From the NCBI GenBank assembly GCA_963575745.1, contig CAUYUJ010000259.1, forward strand, positions 248,001-312,000: a stretch of DNA of 64,000 nucleotides, written 5' to 3'. Below are positions 12,225 through 24,227 of the stretch, in pieces. The notes beneath the pieces are model-generated. The model was not told the origin of the DNA and did no database searches. It saw only the letters and a program-made list of their open reading frames with translations. The stretch is from Prorocentrum cordatum (Eukaryota). The number at the start of each line of letters is the position of its first letter. Within the stretch, counting starts at the first letter, position 1. Position numbers and translations under genes: made by a program.

Positions 12225-13020
12225 ACTCTTCGTGGGTGCCAAGCGTGTTTGGGAGAGGTCCAGGGAGGTGATGTGCACATGTCGGCGACGACCAAGCGAA
12301 CATAAAGTTATGGCGGGACGCCGGGCTCCAGCAAAACCAAAAACACATACTTTCAAGTCGAGGCTTACGAATCATGGCAGCTACTCGAGCTTGTGCCTGG
12401 GATTCCATGTGTGGGCCACACGTAGTTTTGGGAGGGTCAGGGAGGGTTGAAGCGCACGAACACATGTTTGTCGCATTGCAGTTGTTGTTTGCGTTTCGGT
12501 GTGTGTGTGTGTATGTTGCACTGCAGTTCTCGTTGTGGTGTGGTGTAGCTGATCGAGCCTGAGTTTCGGATCCCGCGTGGGAGCCAAGAGTGGTTCGGGG
12601 AGGTCCAGAGGGGGCGTGATACGCACATCTCGGCGACGACCGCACTGACCCAGTTGGTTTTGCATTGTTTTTTTGTTGGCGTTGCATTTGTTGATGCATT
12701 GCAGTTGCTTCTGCGTTGCAGCTTCGTTGCGCTGCAGCGGCACAGCTAGAGCTTGAGCTTGTGTTTCCGCGTGGGAGCCAAGCATGGTCTGGGGAGATTC
12801 AGGAAGGGATGAAGCGCACATCTCGGCGACGACGACAGGAGCGTACCTTCCTGCATTGCATTCTTTGTTGCATTACCGTTTATTTTGTCCTGTAAAAGCG
12901 TGCGAGGATTCCGCGTACGTTCCAAGCATAACCGTGGGAGATTCAGGGAGAGTTGCATGCAGACATGTTGGCGACGACGACGCGAACATGTTTTTGTGTA
13001 TTACGTTCCCTGTTTGCGTT
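12225..13020. repeat. Highly degenerate ~150-190 bp tandem repeat, ~5 copies
   Basis: CGTGGGAGCCAAG...GGGAG..TCAGG...GCACAT.TCGGCGACGAC recurs near 12230, 12410, 12576, 12770 and 12917. Confidence 0.7.
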
Positions 13021-14338
13021 GCAGTTTCTTCTGCATTGAGTTTTTTTGTTCGCTGTAGTGGCGCTGCTAAAGCGGGCTGGCAGGTCTGGTTGGCGGGTCT
13101 GACTGGTCTGGCTGTTCTGAATCATTGGTTTGGCTCGTCTACTTGGTCTGCGCAGGTTGACCTGCTTGGTCTAGTCTGGGTTTCGCTGGTCTGAGTGGCT
13201 AGGAAATCTGGCTTGTCTGGTAGGTCCACTTGGCTGGTCTGGTTGGTCTGCCTGGCTGGTGTGACTGGGTGGTCTGAATTGTTGTTTGGTCTGGGCGGCA
13301 CCAGTGGTTATTCTAGTCTGTTCACTTGCGGGCCATTCACAGCCAGACAATTGTTGTTGCATGGCCGTTTCGGTGATCAGGTTGATCTGCTTTTTCTGGC
13401 CAGTGCTTGTCGGCTTGGTCCAGTGTATCATGCCCCGAGGCCGCGGACACATCCCACGAACCAGTAAAACATGCCGCCGCAAGAGTAAAGTCCCAGACAC
13501 TTCAGAAACCCACATGCGGGCCCCACAGGACCTCCGGTACGATAGTGTCTGGCTCGGTTAGATGGGTCCTCGCAGGGATCTTTCGGGCCGTCTTGGCATC
13601 TTGGGCTGCTTCTCTTAGGACCTCCTGGGACTGAGACTGCAGAGGGCTCCAAGAAAATCCCAACGCAGCCAGGAACCTCTGGTACGGTACACTGGGGTGT
13701 TGTTTGAGGGCCCCTCTTGTGGCCTCTTAGGGCTCTTTCGGACCGTTGTCGTTGTAGCTGGGGCTGGGACAGACAGCGTTGCTGCGTCAAGTGCGTTCAG
13801 GTTCCGCCCCAGGCGCCTAACCATGAGATTCTCGATTTCTCCGAGACGTCGTCCAACGCTGACCTCTGTCTCCTCGAGGACAAAATAACCCCTGACCCTG
13901 GGAATACAGGAACGACGTGGCTTCACTGATGTTCCCTTTTTCACATCAGTGCTACTAGATATGATCGGCTTGGTTCGCTACATTTGCAGGCAGGACCCCC
14001 TATCCTCAATGTCCCTGGCCCTCCTAGATGAGGTCGCCTCCCAAAGGATTAGGAGTTATGCCCAATCAGTTTCTTCTCTTTGCTTCGCTCCGTCTGCCAA
14101 GGCGTGCGTCCGCGCACCGTCAGGGGCCTGGCCCGCTGGACCGTCTGCAGACCGCTCGCCCTCGCATCTGTCTCTGCGCGGCAAGAGCTGGTGGCGACGC
14201 TAGGGGCGACTAAGTCCAGTGGCGACCATGACACGTATTCGCCCGGGAGCCTCGCCGAAGGCATGTATTCATATGCGCCCCTGGTTTGAGTGCATAGCTC
14301 GCGCCTGGGCACTTCGCCTTTATTGTCGCCTCCCAGAG

Positions 14339-14458
14339 GATGGGGCGGTGGTTACCTGGGGCCAGTGCGGCGGCGACAGTAGCGTCGCCGAGCCAATGCT
14401 GCGCACGGGCGGGATTCGGGAGCTGGTCTCGACGCTGGGGGCCTTCGCGGCCGTCAAG
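14339..14458 (+). CDS. Exon of the same RCC1-like gene (DGAVVTWGQCGGDSSVAEPMLRTGGIRELVSTLGAFAAVK)
   Basis: Completes AFAAVRE|DGAVVTWG in frame; AG|G acceptor; GA donor at 14459; 120 nt. Confidence 0.85.
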
Positions 14459-14716
14459 GACGGCAGAAGGAGGAGGAGGAGGCGGAGGAAGAGAAGGAGG
14501 AGGAATGGAGAGGAGGAGGAGGAGGAGGAGGAGGAGGAGGAGGAGGAAGAGGAGGATGTACGGAGGGCACCGTGTGGCCACTGGTGTGCTAGTCAGTTTT
14601 TGGCACCTCTTTCCTTCTCCTTCTGACGAGGAAGAACCAGTAGGAGGAATGCACCACCTCTGCGGAGAGTCCGTGGGGGGAATCCACGGCGGGGCTTCTC
14701 AAACGCCCTCTCGCCT

Positions 14717-14785
14717 TTGATTACGATGATGATGATGATGGTGATGATGATTATGATGATGCGGATGATGATGATGATGAGGATG

Positions 14786-14831
<46 letters not shown>

Positions 14832-15046
14832 CGATGACGATGCTGATGCTGATGCTGATGCTGATGTTGATGCTGATGCTGATGCTGATGCTGATGCTGA
14901 TGCTTATGCTGATGCTGATGCTGATGCTGATGCTGATGCTGATGCTGATGCTGATGCTGATGCTGATGCTGATACTGATATGATGCTGATGATGATGATG
15001 ATGCTGATGATGATGATGATGCTGATGCTGCTGATGATGCTGCTGC

Positions 15047-15081
<35 letters not shown>

Positions 15082-15118
15082 GTGATGCTGATGCTGATGC
15101 TGATGCTGATGCTGATGC

Positions 15119-15150
<32 letters not shown>

Positions 15151-15836
15151 GTGATGGTGATGGTGATGATGATGATGATGCTGAGTCGGATGAGGCTGAG
15201 GATAAGGATGAGGATTGGGAGGAGGAGGAGGAGGAGAAGGAGGAGAGGGACCAGGAGGAGGAGGAGGAGGAGGAGGAGGAGGAGTTTGAAGAGGAGGCGG
15301 ATAAGGAGGAGGAGGAGGAGGAGGAGGAGGAGGAGGAAGGGAAAGGGGGAGACGGAGCAGGAGAAGGAGAAGGAGGAGGAGACGAGGAGAGGAGCAGGTG
15401 GAGAAGAAGGAGTGAAAGGAGGGACAGGAGGAGCAGGAGGAGGAGGAGGAGGAGGAGGAGAGGAGTGAAAGGAGGGACTAGGACTATGAGGAGAGGAGAG
15501 GAGGAGGAGGAAGAGGAAAAGGAGGACGAGGAGGAGGAGGAGGGAGGAGGAGGAGGAGTAGGAGCAAGATGGAAGAAGCAGGAGGAGGAGGTGGAGGAGG
15601 AGGAGGAGGAGGAAGAGGAGGACTAGGAGGAGGATTGGGAGGAGGAGCAGGAGGAGGAGGAGGGAAAATAGGATGATGAAGATCATGATGAGGAGGAGGA
15701 GGAGGACAAGGAGGAGGATTAGACTGAGGAGGAAGCGGATGACGAGGAGGAGGAGGAGGAGCAGGAGGTGGAGGAGGAGGAGAGGGAGGAGGAGGAGGAG
15801 GAGGAGGAGGAGGAGGAGGAGGAGGAGGAGAAGGAG
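14717..15836. repeat. (GAT)n/(GATGCT)n then (GAG)n microsatellite
   Basis: Directly visible. Confidence 0.97.
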
Positions 15837-16258
15837 TAGTTAGGCAACGAGTTGGGATTAAGCGCCCCCCTTGTGAGTCGCGCCGTGGTTCATCATGGTT
15901 CGGCCTAGTCCCAAAATGGTTGATCCAAGCCCCCTGCGAGGCCCTGTCCGATCATGGAAGGTAAGAGGCTACAGGAAGAGGAGGGAACTCTCAACAGAAA
16001 GCAGAGGGCGGAGAGGAGGATAGCGATGAGAAGGATGAGGAGGAGGAGGGCGAATATCGGAAGAGGGGGAGAAGAGGGGGAGAAGGATGAGGAGGAAGTG
16101 AAGATGAGGGGGAGCGAGGATGACGGAGCGAAGGTGAGAGAGCAAATAGCGCACGATGCCCTTTGGGAACAACCCCGCAATGAATAACATATGCTACCAC
16201 ACCCCGCAAATAACAGTACACATCCCTGATCATTACTAGCATTACGCGTGTCATCCCA

Positions 16259-16280
16259 TCCGGAGGCATTTCGCCTCCAG
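16259..16280 (+). other. Degenerate DinoSL relic upstream of the transposase
   Basis: TCCGGAGGCATTTCGCCTCCAG matches TCCGTAGCCATTTTGGCTCAAG at 17/22, ungapped, same strand, ~60 nt before the first transposase ORF. Confidence 0.6.
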
Positions 16281-16339
16281 CTTCCGGTGCCGAATGTGTC
16301 CATCCTTGCTTCATGCTCAGATGTGTGATGTTCGTGTGA

Positions 16340-19300
16340 ATGCAAATCGCTGGGGACGAAGATTCTCCTCGTGAACTAGAAGTCATCGGAGATGACGATG
16401 TTAGTGGCCCTCCGAGGGCCAAGCGCCGCCCGCGCCAGACTGCACTGCGCACAGTTGGTCTCTTTCGCGTGTGTCTCATTGTGGCTTCAATTGCTGGGTG
16501 GTGGCCTTCTGTGCGTAAAAATGGAGATGCATTATTTGATGTACCACATGGGCCCCATGTCATTGGAGCAGTGTTGTATCAATATGGTATGTTTTGCGAG
16601 TCGGATGCTGGCCGAAAGTCGAATAGAGATTTCAACAAGTTCTTTCCGCATCTTGGTAGGGTCACGAGGGCTGGTGACATATTTGGGATCATATCGTATG
16701 TTGCATCCGATCGCATCAAGTTTGAGAACCCAGGGCCAGTAGGTGTAGAGGTGCAGCATTTCATAGACAACTGTCGGGACCGAGGCGTTCGAAACTCTGA
16801 ACTCCGTGGGCTAGATGACAGGTTTGACTTTGTTCGGGAACTGCTGTTGTGGAAGCCTGAATGTTCGATATGTTCATTATGCACGCTGGTGCCAGCTCTG
16901 GCGTCTCTTGTAATTGGCGGCGCGCTCTCCTTGTTTCATTGCGCACCGATCACGACCAAGTCAGAGAGGGCCAGAATGCCGAGAGAACCGCCAACAAAAG
17001 ACATCAGGCGTCTACTGGGCCATCTTCGGGCCTCGCCGGGGCCCATGTCTTCGGGGTCTCTCGGCTGTGGTGGCGAGGGCATTCAGGTGACCAACCGAAT
17101 GTTGAAGTTAGCTGTCGACCCGTTGTTGTTGATCGATGGGGTACGGGCCTCGACGTACACAAAAAGCGTGAAAACATACATGGGGCCGCCGACGCATTCA
17201 AACGCATCTTCGCCAGATATGCGCACATCCCGTTAGGGGAAGTGTTGGGCCATGTTGAGCCAGTGCGTCTGGAAACGCTTCGTAGAGCTCGGGTCCGCCT
17301 CGGTACCACTGCCATGTTGATGACTCGGGCGCTGTTTCAGGATATATTGCGAACGGCCCCACTCAACAGCACCAACATGCATATATTTATTGGTGCGTCT
17401 CCTCAACGAAGAGGTTTAGAGCTGCACGCGTCGACAGTCGACATTTGGGCTGGTGACACATTTATCAGAAAAATGATGCCTGCGGTTTCGTTGGCGAGGG
17501 AGTTTGTTGACAGGGTTGGCAAGACAACCGCGACACTTTGGCAACTGTTTCTGTTATTCGGACCGTCGGCCGATGTGCTTAGCACGGTGTGCGCGCGTGT
17601 CCGCTCAATCACAACGGATCAAGGCACTGAGAGATTTATTCCAAACGTGCCAGGGTTCCTCGGGGATTGTTGCGAAATGCTCGGCAGAAGGTTCAGGCGT
17701 GACACATTCGAGGAGCAGCAATTCATGTTCATGAGATGCCTTGAGACGCCAGGCTGGTGCCATTTGTGGGATTTGCTCCTGCGACGTGGTCTTTCATCGT
17801 TCACTTGGTTTCCGACTTGGCTTAAAGGCGCGAAGGTTATTGTACATTGGTTGCGGCGGCAACCCATCGTAGACATCTCTGCCCGCAGGCTGAGACAAGA
17901 CAGGGGGCCAGGCGCCGCCGATATCACCCAATCCTTGAGGCCCCCATCCTGTGCGCAGTGGAGATGGCAGACGTTGCGCGCTGTGTGTGCTGAGTTGAAC
18001 ACTGGCATCGACACGCTCATAGCTTCTTGGGACCCCCTGCAACTGGCCACCAGTAAAGGTAAGGAGTTCGTCACGGCTGCGACGGGCGCCTTGAGATCAC
18101 CGATATGGAGACGGCTGTTTGGTGTAGTGAAGTGGGACTGCGGTTGGTTGCACCCTTTGTTGCCTTGGGGCCAAGGCTGCGCGTGCCGCCAACCAGGTGA
18201 TGACGATGCGCCGTCTTGCTCATTGAAGGGCCGCCGACTGCCAGAGGCGTACCACTACTCTATATCACATCTACGCGCTGGTGTTGAGGAGGTCAATGCG
18301 TGGTCGGCTGCTTCTTTTTAGGCCTCCCTGAGAGAGTCGCGCGAGAGATCCAAGGGCGCGTGAGGATGGTGGACTCACTGGCGAGGCGCAAGCTTCAGTA
18401 CTTGGACAGGATGCCACACGCCTGGCTCGCCCAATCGGATTGGGCGAGCCAGGCGTTCGAGACAGATGCATTCACCAGCGGGGACAGGTACCAGCAAACA
18501 TGCACCATCGAGTACCGAGGGAAATTCTTGTTGCCTGGCTGGTTGCTTCGGGGCCAAGTTGAGGCGCTGGCAGATGACGGCAGTGGAATGCTTCCAGAAC
18601 TGGCTGCTGAAGTCTCCAGCTTGCGCCAAGCGCCCATTGCTGACAGCGTGTGCGAGCGGCCTCGCGCCGTGGGCTCGCGGGTGGCACAGCGCTCGCGAGC
18701 CGCAGAGTGGCCATGGATCGCCAGCGCGATGCGAGTAGATCAAAACCTTGATGACGTAGACAATGCGCCGACTGTTGTCAGCGTTGATGTCCGTAAGGTT
18801 TGGGGGTGTCTCATTCGTCGATCATCCGAACATCTCACGCGCAGCGGCGTTCTCGGCTCCAGACTGCCTCCCGAATTCCCAGGAAGAAGCTAGAGGCCAA
18901 CGTGTATTCGATGGCCCACCTTCTGTCCGACGACGTCGGCCCAGCTGCCGACGACCCTGGCGATGACCCTGATGGCCGCGGCCCAGGCGGCGGTGCCCCA
19001 CCGCCGCCGCACTTTGGGCCTATCGTTCCACGAGTCCGAGGGGCCCCTGACGGACCGTATGGAGGCGCTGGAGGCGGAGGAGGTGGTGGCGGAGGTGGAG
19101 GCGGCGCTGGGGGGATTGGTGCTTTGTCTGGCCACGCCGCAGCTCAAGTTAAGCTGGTTCGCCAGTTGTTGTCGGCTTCGTTGGGGGTGTTCTCATCCAT
19201 TCCGCTGCCAACTCGCAGCGAAGACGGAGTCGCAGAACCGTTGCTCCTGCAAGTCTTGGCGCTCAAGGGGAGGGGCATCGTCGTGATGACGTGCGAAGAC

Positions 19301-20811
19301 GAGGTCGCCCCGGCGGGCAAGCCTGCAAGTTTTGATCCGGCTGAGGCTTGAGGGAGGATTGAGGAGAGGGAGGGAGGGAGTGAAGAGGGGGGTCGTGGGT
19401 GGGGGAGGAGGAGGTGGAGGATTGCTGGTGGTAGGGGGCTCAGGTGAGGGAGGAGAAGGAAGCTGAGATGTTTTAGTTTGTTTTTTCGAGAACGGCTTGA
19501 ACACGAGAAACGAGTCCAATAGCATCTCTGACTGCGATTCTACTGAGGCGTCGGGGAACATGTTACAGCCTCCTAAAGGTAGGGCCTCGAAAGGCCTCCA
19601 GGCAAGCCCCTGAAACATTCTCTGAGAAGCGCGAGGGGGGCGGACAGGATCTCAGGTTCGCGCGCGATATGTCTTGGCCCCCCAGGTTCACCAGAAAGGC
19701 GCGTACGAGATAACTGCCCAGTCATTCGAACGGCGGGGGCCTCTTGGAGACGAGTTGGAGTTGGGGGGTGACGTTCATTGTTTTCCAGTGGCAGACTCTG
19801 GCCAACTCGAAATTGCCACGCTGTTTGGTGGGCCAACGGAGCTGCAGCGTGACAAAATACAGAAGTGGGAGGTTCTGCCATCTCAGGTTGACGGGTGTGC
19901 GCGCTCGGCGAATCCCAAGCAGTTGCAGCCCCTCGTCGCGTTGTCTCACCCTAGCTGTCCTGTTCTTTCTTTGTCATATTACTTGGCATCGAAAGGGTGC
20001 GAAGCTATTAATCGTAAGACACTGCGCGACCAAACAGTGCACAACCAGTGCGATGGTCGTTCCCCCTTGGGTTCCTCATTTTATCTCCTGCGCGTGGTTC
20101 TCTTGGGCAGCCTGCGCGAATCTGGAGAGATGTTCTTCCCGTGCGGGCAGCCGCGGGCATAGTGCAGACTCTTGCTCAAAACGCGGAAACACCAACCGAT
20201 AGACAAAGGTGCCAAACACTACTTACAGTTGTTGGGTGAGTCTGTTGAGTGCGTGGACGTCGTGCCCGTCGTTGCCCATGCCCGTCCGCCGCCTGCGCTT
20301 CCGATAGGTGATATTGTTGGGGGCGACGAGCCTGATGTCGGCGTCATCCCTGCAGTCGTGGACGCCGACGGCGAACCCGCAGGGGTAGGGGAGGCCGGTT
20401 CGGGTGGCCACGGCGGCGGCGACATCGCCGTGGATGCGGACATGGAGGACCCGCCTCCACTTCCTCTGCCTGGGGCCCCCCCCGAGGCAGCGGCCGCCGC
20501 GGCAGCTCCCTTTCCAGGGGTCGTAGGGCATATCTTGGGCCAGCCAGTGAAGTTTATCCCTCGCAGGGTTGCGGGTGGCTATGTCCACTGGGAGCGGCTC
20601 CAAGCATTTTGCAATAATCCGATGCATCGCGCTTGCAAGTGTTATAAATCGAGGAGCTTGGATTTGTGCCGAGACCGTTTTGGGCCCAGGGCCGCCGAGG
20701 CTTTTTTTTTTGGGGGGGGCGTGGCTTGGCCAGAGCCACCTGCCTGTTGATGAGCGCGAGAAGCTCAGTCCCTCGTTTGCTGCCCAGCAATCGTATCTCG
20801 ACAACCGCTGA
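16340..20811 (+). pseudogene. Decayed hAT-like DDE transposase (frameshifts, a stop, probable intron ~19346-19680)
   Basis: Ordered motifs across overlapping ORFs: IFIGASPQ (expected first Asp is GGT at 17392), SITTDQGTE (Asp at 17617), PGWCHLWDLLL (CxxH-like), AQWRWQTL (RW motif), APIADSVCER (Glu at 18654). C-terminal C-x4-H-x2-C-x-C-YKSRS cluster; ends ...SYLDNR* at 20811. Start position approximate. Confidence 0.7.
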
Positions 20812-21327
20812 TGCGACCTCTGGCGGCTGTAGCGATGATAAACGCGCGGCGCAAAGCAAAGCTGAGAGGGAGTGAGGAAAAGAGGGGGAGGAGGAAGGAG
20901 AAGAGAGGTGAGGAGAGGATATTGAGGGAGGAAGGAGAACGTAGGACCCTGGTCCATGGGAGCCTGTGAGCCACGCACATGCGCCTGCACGGGCCTTCGC
21001 AAGGTCTGCGGGGGGGGGGGGGGGAGGGAAGGGATGGGGGGGGATCTGAGTGATGCTCACGGGGGCCTTCTAGTGGCAAGTGGTGCTCAACGGTTCACGC
21101 GAACCAAGCCAACTGTGGACGCGTTGTTGGCGTTCTCTCGTTCTGCTACCTGCGACTGCCGTCCTATTCCTAAGCATGTCTGTGGTATGCGTCTACACAT
21201 AGGTACACCATATGGGTGCGCTCCTAACGCATTAGGTTGCATAGCAAGTGCGCTGTTGCGCTGCCCACACTATGTGCATGAACAATGTATGCAAGCCCAA
21301 GGGCCTTGATGCAACTACGCCTTGGAG

Positions 21328-21583
21328 TGATGAACCATCCCAAAGCATGATGAACCATCCCGAACCATCCCAAACCATGATGAACCATCCTGAACCATCC
21401 CAATCCATGATGAAACCATCCTGAACCATCCCAAACCATGATGAAACCATGGTGAACCATCCTGAGCCATCCCAAACCATGATGAAACCATCTTGAACCA
21501 TCCCAAACCATGATGAAACCATCCCAAACCATGATGAAACCATCCCAAGCCATGATGAACCATCCAAAACCATGATGAACCAT
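21328..21583. repeat. Internal tandem array of the element's subterminal motif (CATGATGAACCATCCCAAAC-type, ~10-bp modules)
   Basis: Directly visible repeats of TGAACCATCC / CAAACCATGA; same motif as at both element ends. Confidence 0.92.
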
Positions 21584-21755
21584 GTCCTCCACTACCCCCC
21601 ACTACTGATGAAAAGTAGTTGCTGATGCGAGAGTTTCGTAGTTCATATTCCTGAAAAACAGTTGCAGCGCTAAGCTGCTATGTTGGTCTGGGGGCTTGGC
21701 GTGGAGATGAGAGCGCAACCGCTTCTTTATAGCTGCCGAACCCTATTGGGCACTA

Positions 21756-21777
21756 CCCGTAGCCATTTGGGCTCAAG
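21756..21777 (+). other. DinoSL relic upstream of the second gene of the element
   Basis: CCCGTAGCCATTTGGGCTCAAG: 20/22 to DinoSL; ATG follows at 21861. Confidence 0.92.
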
Positions 21778-21860
21778 GCGTTCGGCTACCACGGTGGCAA
21801 CACAGTGCGCCAGCAGCGCGCTGCAGCATCCCACTCCACCTTCGAGCTCCTGCTCTCGAG

Positions 21861-24227
21861 ATGGAGCGCAGGGACGTGGATCTCGTCGCTGACGACATCG
21901 GTGATTCCGCCGAGGAGCAGATGGACGTTCCTGCGCCGACCCCTTCCAAGGCATGCTTGCGCGGCGCTGGGGGCTGCGCTTCAGGGAAGATCACTGACGC
22001 CAAGTGCTACCCCTGCTTGCATGCTGGGGCGGCTTCGAAGTACCTCGGTTTCTTCCTCCACACCAAGTGCGTCAAAGCTGCGCGGTCGGCCAGGCGCGGA
22101 GATGCCGATGCGATGGGCGACATGGTGACGACGTCGGCCGAGGAGTGGAGGGCGCTCGTTTCGCCTGGAGTGACGGATGACAACCGCTATCGTGGGTCAG
22201 CGTTCCTCAAGACAGCGAAGACGGGGATTAAGGAGTACAAGAGGACCAAGGCGACGGAGAGGATCACCCCGAAGGTGGGCATGTGCAAGGTTCGCCACGT
22301 CAACTACATGAAGCTCTGGGAGGGACAGGACGAGGATATATCAGAGCTGGAGTTCGACGAAATCTTGGCTGACATGAAGAAGAAGGGCATCACCATCTAC
22401 GATAAAAAGAATCGTCCATGCATCCAGGTCGATGACAATGCTTCGACCCTGACCAAGACCATGAAGGAGGTGGAGCTCGAGGGGCCCAAGGCGGGGCGGA
22501 AGCGCAGGCGTGAGCCTGATCCGTCTCCCACTACGTCCGTGGCCGAAGACGATGATGACGGGGTTGGCGACGCATCCAGTGACCTGTCCGAGTGCGCAAC
22601 GTTCCGCCTTGGAACTTCGAGCGACGAGGTGCGCGCGCGCATGCGCGAGAAGAGGAAGGGTGCCAAGCTCGGTCCGACGCTCACCGAGGAGAACCAACAG
22701 AAGCTGGACGAGGCTGACGGCGTGGGGGGGGGGGGGGCAGGACGTCTTGGGCAGTCGATCTGTTTCGAAAGATTTTTCGGGAATCGCTTTCGAATTGCGT
22801 TTTCCTGTGAGGTGTAATGGGCCGCAGACTTTAAACTCACGTAAGTTGGTTCAACTCCTGCCGGCTTGATGGGCTGGTCTTCGGCGATCTTGGATGCCAT
22901 CGGGTGCTTGATTTTGCGGTCGTGCTCTGGGCCTTAGAGGTGTTGCCTCTCTCCCCGCAGGCTGCGGGCTCTGGCAAGAAGAAGTCTCCTGCGTCGGTGT
23001 CTGGGGCGAGCGTCTTGCGCGGGATCGGCGACAATGCTTCTCCAGTCGGCTTTATGAAGGAGCGCAAGAGGGCGGCCAGTCTTGCGTCTGACTCGCTCAG
23101 CGAGCTGCCAGGGCCCAGGGCAGAGCGCATGAGGATGACGCGGGCGAAGTGCCATCCTGCAAGAGGCCAGAACTCAACAACCTCTCGAAGCAGCTGGGCG
23201 AGCTCCTCGGGGAGATTGAGGCGTTCCAATCGGAGGTATCGGATGAGACCAAATGCATCGAGTTGATTCCCGGGGATCAGGCCAACGAGGTGAGGAAGGG
23301 AAATATGAAGGCCAGGTGTGCTCGGAGCAAGGTCGCATCGAAGCTTCTCGGGGGCAAGTTCGGCCAAGTGCACGCCAAGAACATTGCGGCGATCATCGAG
23401 GGCCTCGAACACCCTGATAGCCAGGCCTTCTACTTCGCCGACGTTGAAGGCGTCGTCAGCGAAGGCTCCCCGGAGGTGGCAGGAGACACCGTGTCCAAGT
23501 GGGGTTCCCAGACCGACTTCGTCAAGGAGCTCGCGAACATGCAGAATACGGATGAGATCACGTCGGCGATCAAGGCGCTCGTCGAGACGATGAAGGCATC
23601 AGGGCATGCGACTTGGCTTGGATGCATGACGAAAGTAGGCAGCGAACACCAGGTCACCGACGAGTTCAAGGAGTTCTTCAAGACCGAGCTGTTGTTCTTG
23701 AAGGAGAAGGGGGGGCTCCCGTGGGTGTCAACGTCTCGCCCCTGGGCGTGGCGCTACGGTCCCAGCCAGTTCCCGATGCCAGGAGTGGGGGCGCTGACTC
23801 AAGCAAAGTCGAATGACATGTACTTGCAGCTGATGAAGGCGAAGGTGGTGTTGGGCTGCGGCGTGTCCATCGAGGACCTCGCGGCGTTCCTCGAGTCCCC
23901 CCAGGGTGTGAAGGGCTTGAAGGGCCATGGCATTCTCGTCAAGGTCAAGTTGGACGAAGTTGTTTTCGTGCCGTGCGGTTGGCTGGTGCGCCGCTGCGTC
24001 GCCCGTCCACCGAACCCGACCAGGCCAAGTTTGCGTCGGAGACGTTCGGTTCCATTTGGTCCATGGCCCTCTTCTCGGCGGCCTGGGCGAAGGACGTCGG
24101 CGACCTGCGCTGCAAGGCCATCTCAAAGCTCAGCGTGGACAGGCTGCCCAAGTCTGCGCCGAACAGCTCCCTTTGGGAGGCGCGCCGCGCCACCTTCGCC
24201 AAGTTTCTTGAGCAGGTGGGGCAGTGA
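21861..24227 (+). pseudogene. Transposon-borne gene of unknown function: Cys/His-rich N-terminus, basic/acidic middle, C-terminal cupin/JmjC-like motif
   Basis: Strong coding-like codon use. Exon 1 is 21861-22712, then a GC-AG intron 22713-22960 (GAG|GCTG...CAG|GCTG). Exon 2 needs frameshifts at ~23150 and ~23990 and ends ...KFLEQVGQ*. VKLDEVVFVPCGW resembles the JmjC C-terminal GExxFVPxGWxH but lacks the His. Confidence 0.7.

Noticed and set aside
15905..15926. Minus-strand SL-like CCATTTTGG core
   Set aside because: Only ~14/22 identity, and it points out of the element with no ORF behind it.
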